A stretch of 64,000 nt of DNA from the NCBI GenBank assembly GCA_030141605.1, contig JAQGDQ010001059.1, forward strand, positions 1 to 64,000, written 5' to 3'. The notes below the pieces were generated by a model, which was not told the DNA's origin, did not search any database, and worked only from the letters and a program-made list of their open reading frames with translations. How positions within the stretch are numbered: position 1 is the first letter of the stretch; the number at the start of each line of letters is the position of its first letter. Source of the DNA: Tubiluchus corallicola. Taxonomy: Eukaryota > Animalia > Priapulida. Of the stretch, positions 1 through 11,283 are shown piece by piece. The position numbers were made by a program, and so were the translations under genes.

Positions 1-457
1 AAACGGATCACATTGTCTGTGAAGCAAAATAAAATGAAAATGATATACTTTGACCAAATGTTGGAATCGCCTAAAAACGACTCCCTGCTCGCCGCAACAA
101 GTCACGACATTTCACAAGAGGCGATATCTTCGAACACTTTGTGCTCTGGTTTGCGTTATGCAGATGTTCCACATTGGTCACGTCACAGGTTAAAGATGGA
201 GTACGTACAATTTCTCTTATTTTGGAATTCTGCCTGCCTAATGTCCACAATAGACGCAGTGGGCGTATGGTGATGTTGATGAAGATTTGTGTAAGATAGG
301 TAGGTGCTCGAAATCGGCCGAAAACTTGATATCGTTATATGTGGATGACCCTTTATAACACTCACTGTCTCCCCAACTCCATGGTTGCAAGTGAAATTTG
401 TCTAAACCTTGATGTGACGTTTTTTCCGTACCTTCAATCGTGTTCTTTGCCATACTT

Positions 458-1175
458 GGCGCTATTACACTTTCGCACCGCCTAGCTTTTCCTGGCCTAT
501 TGGTTGTTTTCACGCCTGCAGGCCAGAAAGCAGACCAACAGGCGTAATATACACCATATTCCCATAATATTATTGCGGCGTACGCTTTATAAGTCCAGAT
601 TAAAATCATGCATTACTTACCTACAGCCGCCATTAAAAGCTGCACGTGAATAACCGTGTTTACATCACTGCTGCGCAGTCGCTCTCGCGCATTGACGTGA
701 TGGCCCTTAACCTGTATTTTTAGTTTCTTCGCATAATTTATGATTATTAGGGTTGCATCTACGAGAGTTTGTATCGTATCGCGGGTGGGCCTGGAACGGA
801 ACAGTTATTTATCATTAATTTTATTTATTGCTGTAGTATTATTACTATTAGATTATAAAAAAGTAAAGGTTTTTTCTTTATTTCGTAAATGCGGTGAAGA
901 TGAAAGTGTGTCACGTGCTTTTAAGCTAGGCCCTGATAATGCATAAACTAGTACGAAATTCGTCACGTGACCACACACACAAACAAGATGGCGATACTGT
1001 GTCGAACTGTGAATACAGCGTAATTATTGGTAATTATGCCTAAATAGGATTAAATTACAATTAGATTAGCGGAAACATTCACTGATGACGTAAGAATAAT
1101 AGAATGATGACTTACGAGCCTAAAAACGCGTAATAACCTATAAAAAGCTAGGCGGTGCGAAAGTGTAATAGCGCC
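458..1175. mobile_element. MITE with 33-bp TIRs and a 9-bp TSD (Merlin- or MULE-like)
   Basis: TIR GGCGCTATTACACTTTCGCACCGCCTAGCTTTT at 458-490 with its reverse complement at 1143-1175; perfect TSD GCCATACTT. Confidence 0.88.
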
Positions 1176-1872
1176 GCCATACTTTGTACTCCTTCAAGAA
1201 GCTTAATATCTATCCTATAACGTGGATTGCTTTTATCAGCAAAAAATAAAGTGCCTGCAGCACCTTACACTGGATTATGATTCTTAATTATTCTTTGATT
1301 CTTCAATTTTGTGATGTCATAGCAATTATAGCATTTATTAATGATTATGTTCATATCTAATTTTATGTAACCAGTTTCAGCATGTAACCAGGCAAGTAAG
1401 TAAGTAACTAATTTATTTGTCCCAAAATTTTTACACAATGAAAATAAGCAAAACCAAAAAATATAAAAAAAGACAGAAAGAGGCAGAGTGACAAAAAGCA
1501 CCAATCCTATCCAAATTTAAAGAAAATTAACTAACCAGTCTAGTGGGTATGCAGAAGTAAATAATAATCAACAGTTTGAAGACACAAAAGAAATAAAAAA
1601 GATAAACAACATTTAAATTAGCAAACAAAACAAAAAATGAATTTAAATAAAAAACTCAGTCCAGACCCAAGCCTGTATTTCATACTGGAACTGTAAATGT
1701 AACTTCTATGACTTTCAGTTCTAACACTGGTTTATTGTCCGATATAACATTTGATCTCAGAGTATTGGTAAATAATTGTTTGTGTTTTTTTTTAAATTGC
1801 TTTTCATTTTCATCATTGGTCACAGATAAATTACTTATTTATGTAAATATTCTATTTATTTATTTATTTAAT

Positions 1873-3317
1873 AAGCCTTTTCACAGTTTCATTGTGCACA
1901 CGTGCAGTTGCTGTAGGTCATTGGTTAAGTGTACCATAGCAATGCATTTTAACTGATCCGTGAGGTGATTTATAGGTAAAGCAAAGCCATGTGCTGCATC
2001 TGTTCAGTAACTTCAGTTGTTTTCTGTGGTCTTTACTTAATTGTATATTAATCTGTGCGTAAAGTGATTTACTAGCAGGATTTTGCTTGAGAACAAGAAA
2101 AAATGAACTAAATAAGGTCTTAGTTAACTGTTAAAATGGTTACTATTACAACAGCATGGGCTGCGATGCGTTGTCAAGTGTAGACAAATGCGTTAACCGG
2201 TAGCTTAAGTACCAGTAGCTTAAGCAATTACAGTACGAGATACAATACAGCATGAATGACATTTAGTCAAAAATTACCAGTAGCTTAAGCAATTACAGTA
2301 CGAGATACAATACAGCATGAATGACATTTAGTCAAAAATTACCAGTAGCTTAAGCAATTACAGTACGAGATACAATACAGCATGAATGACATTTAGTCAA
2401 AAATTACCAGTAGCTTAAGCAATTACAGTACGAGATACAATACAGCATGAATGACATTTAGTCAAAAATTACCAGTAGCTTAAGCAATTACAGTACGAGA
2501 TACAATACAGCATGATTGACATTTAGTCAAATATTGCCAGTAGCTTAAGTAATTACTGTACGAGATACAATATAGCATGATTGATATTTAGTCAAAAATT
2601 AACAGTAGCTTAAGCAATTACGGTACGAGATACAATACAGCATGATTGACATTTAGTCAAATATTGCTAGTAGCTTAAACAATTACAGTACGAGATACAA
2701 TACAGCATGAATGAAATTTATTCAAAAATTACCAGTAGCTTAAGCAATTACAGTACGAGATACAATACAGCATGAATGACATTTAGTCAAAAATTACCAG
2801 TAGCTTAAACAATTACAGTAAGAGATACAATACAGCATGAATGACATTTAGTCAAAAATTACCAGTAGCTTAAACAATTACAGTACGAGATACAATACAG
2901 CATGAATGACATTTATTCAAAAATTACCAGTAGCTTAAACAATTACAGTACGAGATACAATACAGCATGAATGACATTTAGTCAAAAATTACCAGTAGCT
3001 TAAGCAATTACAGTACGAGATACAATACAGCATGAATGACATTTAGTCAAAAATTACCAGTAGCTTAAGCAATTATGGTACGAGATACAATACAGCATGA
3101 TTGAAATTTAGTCAAAAATTACCAGTAGCTTAAACAATTACAGTACGAGATACAATACTGCATGATTGAAATTTAGTCTAGTATGCCAGTAGCTTAAACA
3201 ATTACAGTACGAGATACAATACAGCATGAATGAAATTTAGTCTAATATGCCAGTAGCTTAAGCAATTACTGGTAACCTTTGACCTTTTTGCGATCATGTG
3301 GAACTGTGAAAAGGCTT
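1873..3317. mobile_element. Non-autonomous DNA element (TIR AAGCCTTTTCACAGTT) carrying a 65-bp tandem array
   Basis: Terminal inverted repeats; related array-free copies at about 7386-7750 (same orientation) and 18867-19252 (inverted). Confidence 0.7.
2211..3270. repeat. 65-bp tandem repeat, about 16 units
   Basis: Unit ACCAGTAGCTTAAGCAATTACAGTACGAGATACAATACAGCATGAATGACATTTAGTCAAAAATT recurring at 2211, 2276, 2341 and onward. Confidence 0.97.
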
Positions 3318-3409
3318 GTTGTGCTTGAGAAATGAGTGCCTGGCAGCTTCCACTTTTAACGAATTTTCTTTTATTTAGATGCCCGTAGAAGCCGGACATT
3401 TTAGCCACA

Positions 3410-3572
3410 ATGGAAGATTACTGTCGCGCTGTACTAAAGGTGGTAGTTGCTCAAATTTGCCAGAACCTCGGTTGGAACAGCATCCAAACCACGCCGTGTG
3501 ATCTGCTGGTCGATATCTTGCATCGTTACTTAGAAGATGTAGCAAGAACCGCACACCGATATTCAGAGCAGT
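3410..3572 (+). CDS. TAF3: TAF3 coding exon 1 (histone fold)
   Basis: ATG at 3410; donor GTAAGA at 3573; an acceptor TTTAG ending at 3378 lies upstream, implying a 5'-UTR intron or outron. Confidence 0.93.
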
Positions 3573-6500
3573 GTAAGACTACTTGGTTTACTTAAAGCAG
3601 GGGTGTGCAAATTGCGGCCCGCCGAGAGAATTTGTGCAGCCCGCGAAGAGATTTGTCAACCTAATGAAAGTGCGGCCCGGGTGATTAATTAAGTGTATCC
3701 AGCTGAAGTCCGTACCACGATCGCAAAGATAGTGCCGGTAGTTTTTTCTACTAGATCGGATGCCATTAACCCTTACAAGACGGTTGTAGCTTAATGTCGC
3801 TGTACTACACAGACTGTGTGATACACATTTCTAGTATGCAATGTAATGAAATTACCACTATCTATCCTGAAAGTAGAAATATATGGTTTGTAATATAAAT
3901 TTTAATAACTTCTAAAATAGTTTCTTGAGTGTAGTAGTAATGATGTACGCAGGTCGGATGCAAAAAAAAATCGTTATTTGGCCTTTCTGTACTTGGCTCC
4001 TTGATCAAACTGCCTGCGGCACGCAGGAATTGCAGGAAAGTTTAATGTGGCCCGGCTAGTCAGATAATTTGCACACCCCTGATTTAAAGCAAAACAGGAC
4101 GATTTTCGCATCCTACCCGCATCTAGAAGTATGGTAAACTGTATGCCAAAGCACTTCTGATAATTAAATAATAGGCTTAAAACTTAATTAACAGCGGATG
4201 AGCCCAGCTAGTGACGACATCACAAACGAACATTATTTTCAACAGCACAAATGTTCCACGAGTGTGTTGCACATGTTTGCGAAAGCGAAAATTGAAGTAC
4301 AGTGCTACTGAACAACATTTATTGTGTTGCACTAAAACTAGGCAAGTTTTAAAGTATAAAGTTAAATTTCAAATTTACCGTTGTGTTCACGCGTGAGCTG
4401 TCGAACGTATGGAATTTGTCACAGACTAACATTTCTGAACTGAGAGGTACAGCACCTGTTTTTCGTGCAATGCATTTCCAAAATGCAGCCACTAGTGCCC
4501 ATCTAACTAACAAAAGGCGAAATGCATGTAACAGCAAAGAACTAGCCATGCCATTACGAAATTACTTGCGGTAATAATTCTTTCATGTAAGTCATTATTT
4601 AAAAAACAGTATGTTTCCTTTAAATATATTAAAGAGTAGATTCTTTTGACATACAGTTTAAGATTGGCTCCGGTTTTACTTTAAAAATGACAAAAAGATG
4701 TAAAAATGGACAGGACTTATGCGGCGCTTCTGTTCAACTTTAAATGGATGAAATAATAATAATTATTATTAATTAATTAATTAATTATTATTAATAATTA
4801 TCCTAATAATTATTCCGTGAGTGTCTGGTGTTATTACAGATGTACAGTGTTCCCTCACTTACCGCGGGTGTTCCGTTCCAGGCCCACCCGCAATGAGTGA
4901 ATTTCCGCGAAGTAGGGATGCTATACGTATTTAATACTTACACGTTTGGGTGTCAGCGTAGGGCTTGAATAAATTCAGTCTCTAGTGAAAATTTCACAAA
5001 TAGCATACAAGAAAACAAATTGCACGGTACCTGAGCCAATCAGCGACTGGGATATAGAGCAACATTCTCTGATTGGTCGCTTTCCATCAGTCAACCAATC
5101 GTGTGTTGTGTACAATCTCACATCGGTAAGTAGCATCTCAAACAGGCGCAAGTACTACATTTCGTTTTTGGCGTGTATTCATCCGCCGAATAAATACACT
5201 ATTTACTGTAAATGGTAATTTTTTATGATTTATAATATTCTTTGAAAACCCGCGAAACAGCGAGTCCGCGATAAATGAACCGCGAAGTAGCAAGGGAACA
5301 CTAATTGATGAATTTGTCGCATACATACTTTCATTCTAAATGTAAACCTGCACATTAGAAAATTCTTTGCTACTCATATGGAGTGAAAGTTACTTTATTA
5401 TTATGACTTATCACTTTGCGACAATTATAGTAAATGTTGTGTTGAACAACCGAAAAAATTGCTTATAATGATGCATTTGTAAACTGTTTCTGCTCAGGTT
5501 TGATTGCAATGCATCTAGCATGTTTGTTAACCTTGTCTTACTGCACTTATTTCACTTAAAAAGGTAATATATGCTTTTAGGTTCTGTCAGTGGCATCGCT
5601 AGGGAGGTGCAGGGGTGACACCGCATTAAGTGACACCGATCCTAGCAATGCCCCCTGGGTTCTGTACTCTCACCTGTTTGACTGTTATAACTCTCACCTG
5701 TTTTCCCTTCCCCCGCTTTCACTTCTCGAATCTTCTCTTGGCACCTCCTCCTGTTTGACCATCCCCGTTGGTGACACATAATCATCCGGTTTTTCTAAAG
5801 AATTTTAGTGCTGTAGTTTTGTCCAATATGAATCATAATATTTTAATAAAGATTCTTCTTCTTCTTCTTCCCAGTTTTTCCCTATTCGGGGTCGCCGTTG
5901 TGAATGAGTCTTCTCCACGCATTCCTGTTGTTGACCATCTCTTCATTTATGTCTTCCCTTCCCACATGATCTTCACCGACTCTTCTTTTCGGGTGTTCAT
6001 ACCATCGCAATCTTGCGAGGCTTCCACTACTTTTACTGTTCCTCTGATATTATTATTTCTAATTTTATCTCTTCTTGTTATTCCCACCATTCATCTCAAC
6101 ATCCTCATCTCCACCACACCCATTTTCTTCTCTTCCGTCTTCTTTAGAGAAGCTACTTCCAGCCCATAGATCAGAGCATGTCTGACCACTTCTTGTGGAC
6201 TTTCCCTTTAAGTCTCACTGACTGATTCATAGAAGGTTTTGGCGCAGTTTTTACAGGCAGATGCCCTTCCTGACCCTAACCCTCCCTATTTATCCGGGCT
6301 TGGGACCGGCACTGAGTTGGGCTGGCTTGCCCCCCCCCCCAGTGGTTAGGTTAATATTTTAACAAAGATTAATTAATGCATTATCAATCGCTGATTTGCT
6401 CTATGTGATTTGCAGTTGGTCGCACGGACCCCGTGTTGGACGATGTTGGGTTAGCTTTTAGAGATCTTGGCATATCTGTTAGCGAGCTTGAGGACTATGT

Positions 6501-9500
6501 TAGAGAGGTGAGCTGCAGTTGTTAATCTTTTTTACGAACTGGCCTTACTTCAGCTATTTGTTAAAGCACAAGAAAACACTTCATAAACATAAAGCTTAAA
6601 AATTCGTTTTGAAATTTTATATCACTTACATACTGCCTTTATGCATGCAGGACTTTAATCAGCAATCATGCTGTATAAAACGTGTAAATTTAAACTTCCG
6701 TGATGACCGTTAGACGCAGCCATTTTCACGACAGGTCATTTGAAACAAGTTTAGATAACATTTTGTAAAGTTTGAAAAAATAATCAGAGCATTCGTAGCG
6801 CACAAATCACTAACTAAGAAAAATTTTAAATTACTGTATCTTGTCAATAAGATTAAAAATACGTTTTTTAGTTAGTAAGTTTTGCACCCTGGAGGGCGAG
6901 TCAGCGACATTTTACCAATCGGTGAAAACATTTTAAACAATTAATAATTTTCTTTTCTAGTTACATAAGTCTTTCTAGAAGGTAAGCGAAAATCTAAGTA
7001 ATATAGATTTGCACGGAAAGTCTTTTGGGACATAATTTAACATTGCTTTCTCTTCCCTTCATTTACATTTGGTGCATGACGTCATGTAATGGCGACTTCG
7101 GAACAGTATTGCGGGAGATTTAAAATGAAAACAAACTAAAATTCCTTTCAGTGCGAGTAAGATATACGCATAAAATTGCTATAAAGTAATATAATTTTTT
7201 AAGACGATTTTTCTGAAACCTACTTTAGGTGCCCCTTTTCTTGTCCTTTAAGCATTTTTCTTTCTTAGACAATTTTGCTCTTATAAATGTACATCTACAT
7301 TGGTTGGGTACCTAGGAATTCTTTTATTATATTTCGGTGGTAGTGATCTGAGCATTATTTGGTGCTAGGTGACCCTGTTTTGAACAAGTCTTTTCGTAGT
7401 TTCGTAGTGCGCACGTGCACTTGCTGTAGGTCAAAGGTTAATTCTACCACAACAACGCATATTAACTACAACCGTCAAAATTGTTGTGCATGTGCGTGAC
7501 GTGCGTAAAGCAAAATTGTCTGCCGCATCAGTTCAGTCACTTCAGTTTTTTCGCAAATTTTTCTTAATTGCGCATTAGTCTGTGTGCCGAGTAATTTGCT
7601 AGCAAGATCTTTCTGGGGAACAAAAAAATGAAATAGGTAAGGTTCTAGCTAGCTGTCGAAACTGTTACTATTACAAAAGCATGATCTATGAGGTGTTTTA
7701 AAGTGTAATGTTTGACCTTTTCGCGACCATCTGAAAAAGAGAAAAGGCTGACATTTGTAAAGTGGATATAGTAGGTGTGTCACAAATGCTTACGTTTTTT
7801 CATAATTACTTTCTTGGGTTTTTCATTATACAGCCTAGTCTCGTTATCTCGCCACTGTCCGTCTAGGGCAAATTTTTGGCGAGAGGCGAGTATGGCGAGA
7901 TAACGGGAATATAACGAAGTTAGTCTATATGTATACACATAATAGTTGATTAACATAGTGTTCCTCTATGTACATATAAAATATATTTCGCATTATGATA
8001 CCAATCAACATGTAAAGTTGCTCACACTTTGTGGAAACTCAAACTTAAACGCAGCTTTGGTGTTAGAGAGTAAGGATATCGGTGACGCTTTAGTTTCTCT
8101 GCGCATTAACCAACCACAGCACTCCTAATCTAATCCTGGTGAGACACACACTAGATTAATTATGTCTGTCTATCGAGTACAGCAGCATTGTCTACATACC
8201 GCGGTTATATTGATCGACACGCGGTAAATGTATTGATCGATTCACCTCTGAGTTTGTCTGTTTGACGACATAACGAATATAGTTTACATCAGCACTCATC
8301 CTAGCATGACGTGGCGAGGGCGAGAAGCGAGGGTGGCGACTTAACGAGGTAAATATCAAAGCAAGAAATCCGTGCTGGTACTTTCTATGGGAGAGACGAG
8401 TTTGGCGGCATAACGAGGGGCGAGATAACGAGGCTAGACTGTAATAAACTTGATTCTCGTTTTGTAGGTGGAACCGATACCGTTTGCACAAAAAGCGCGA
8501 GCATTTCCGGTTCCCAAGCCAAACAACCTGCATTTCCCGGATCCCAACTGCAAGGAGGTGCGGACACGCCCTGATCACATACCCCGTTATCTACCGCTCA
8601 TGTATCCGGAGGGCAATGGTGAGTGTGTCAGATTTCTTAACAATAGATGGCACCACGTGTTCAACAAAGTTTTAATGCTCGTTATAAGTCTATTGTTTAA
8701 TAATGCATTGCTGTAACCTCGGATTTCCTTGAAATGCAATGCTGTTGTTGTTGTTGTTGTTGATTTTAAAGAAAAACTGGACGATTGTGTAAACATTAGT
8801 TCAAAATAATGTCTGCTGTAAAATATTGGAAACTACAACAGCTTTTTTTAATCAAAGCTTCAGGAATGAGAATTTTCCACGGATACGCTGAATTCCGAGT
8901 TTTTGGAAGACCAGTAGTGCCATTTTTGTAAATCGCGTAAATTCGTTGAGAAAGTTTTTACAGACCCAGTACATTATTTCACAATCTGACCGCTAGGTGG
9001 CAGGCCGTCACTTTGTTTACATCACGTACATCAGTGTAACCACGTGTATATCTCTATGTGTAAAAATATAGAATCAATTGTGCGGAGTTATTTGAGTCAA
9101 TTGCAGACAGTTTTTATATACTTTTGCATAGGAGCGGCCAGTACTTAGGCGTTTTTGAGACAATTAGGTATCATGTATCCTTGATAGTTGGGTATTTTAA
9201 ATTATGCATGAAACAAGGTAATTGATATTTCAAGTCCACTTAGAGGTTCTCTGTGGTCACAAAATTGCGATTTGCCCCCAAACCCTCGGCCTGTTTCAGA
9301 GTTTTTTGCAATTTGTCATTCTCATCCCTGAAGCTTAAATTAAATAATAATTGTCTCGAATGGTTAAGCGTTCGTCTGTGTCGACACTTAGAGCTCATTT
9401 TCGTGATATCGCACAAACATCTTACAGCAATCTTCACTTGCGCACGCTTGTTTGAAGTGCAGGGAAGATGTCTACTATTGCACAAATTGTCTATAGTTTG

Positions 9501-10418
9501 TGGTATGAGCGATAGCTGAGTTTGACATGAAGTTTTAAGATAAAAAGTCAAATTTCAAATTTACCACTGTACTCGCGCATGAGCTGTCGAACGTGTGCAG
9601 TACGTCACAAACGAACACCCATGAGAGGTACAGCACCTGTTTTTTTGTGCAATGGTTTCCCAAAATGCAGGTGCTAATCCCCATTTAACTAGAGAATGGC
9701 GAAATGCATGTACCAGCGAAGAGCTAGCCGCGTGAACCTTAGCTAAGCTAATCTAAGCTAATTAGATTTCTATTAGCTGTCTGAATTGATTGAGACAACT
9801 TTTGCTTTTTGTTGCAATGAAAAATATTTCTATTTCTATCGTTTCTCTAGTTACTTTTTTGTCATTTTTATCTAGAAAAAGAAGAGGCGCCTGCATCTCC
9901 GGCATCTCCTTCTGCCAAATTTTTGGAGGAAATGGTTTCTCCCAGAACAGCTAGCCCAGTTGTGCCTGGAAAACGACCCGTAACGGGCGTCTCCCCGGAG
10001 GACGTCTTCTCTGCTAAGCGGCCAAGGTATCCCCTTGTTTACATTGCGGTGCTGTACATGTGTCAGCTATTACTATATATGTGTTACTATATATATTTGC
10101 AAAGCAAAATCGTTCATAAGTTGGTATAGCTAAATGTCAAATGTCAATTTTTTGTTTTTTATAAAACCAGACAGTTTAGTCTAGTGGTAACGCGTTTGCT
10201 TTCCGTCTGGCAGGTCGTGAGTTCGAACCAGCGGCCGGGTCATAGCAAAGACTTTAAAAATGGTACCTGCTGTTGCCCTGCCTGACGCGTGGTATTTAGG
10301 GTAAAAGTGGGGTAATAATTGTCTCTGTTATGCAGTTGTAGGTTGTTATTTACAGTCGGCGATAATAGCTCTTTGAGCTAATGTTAATTGTTGACCCAAA
10401 AGCCGACTTTAAATAAAG

Positions 10419-10506
<88 letters not shown>

Positions 10507-10512
10507 TTAATA

Positions 10513-10544
<32 letters not shown>

Positions 10545-10555
10545 ATTATTATTAC

Positions 10556-10632
<77 letters not shown>

Positions 10633-11205
10633 ACGCTAAACGTATTGTTCTTTTATATTCTAGTATCAAGTTATCAAGAAAATGTTCGAAAAATACTAAA
10701 AATCTGCCCCTATACTTTCTGGCTAAACTAGTACTACAATTGTAAAAAAATTTGTATTTTCAAACTCCGATTGTAGCTCGTGGAAGCAGTCATTTTGCTT
10801 CGGTTCTGCTAGCAAGCCCAGATGTTCGTCAGAAAGAGCCATCTAGTGGCTTTAAACATAACTTTTATGTTTTCTTGCTGAGTCCATAGCAACCAACATT
10901 TGTACGGTTGCTTAAGTGTTTCATAGAACTGCGACCAAAAAATGGCTGACTTTAACAGCAATTTTCTCAAGATTATGCTTTTCAGTGCGCAGCCTGCACC
11001 TCAACTTTTAACTTTGAAATCGCTTTTTATTATTCGCTTATAACATGAAAATAAAAAGTTCAGTCTTGCTGGTATTTGAACCCAGGGCCCCTGCCAGCTG
11101 AGGGGCCTCCAGAGATTCAGTAAGCAAAATTAATTTAGTGTGAAAAGTTACCACAGAATGAGAGCAGGTGTATGCTGAATTACCTCTTTAAAAAGGCCTC
11201 GGTTA

Positions 11206-11283
<78 letters not shown>

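Noticed and set aside
980-1035. YY1-like AAGATGGCG plus a possible donor as the TAF3 promoter/first exon
   Set aside because: It lies inside a TIR/TSD-bounded MITE, and there is no independent support for a TSS.
1082-1125. CTGATGA followed by a hairpin (hammerhead-like)
   Set aside because: The required GAAA after stem II and stems I/III are missing.
2211-3270. Regular repeats that could suggest a CRISPR array (also 13529-14052 and 45436-46597)
   Set aside because: Head-to-tail units without unique spacers, no cas genes, and a spliceosomal-intron eukaryotic context.
10166-10240. tRNA gene (also about 11460-11536)
   Set aside because: A and B boxes are present, but there is no proper cloverleaf and the sequence continues into a SINE body and tail.
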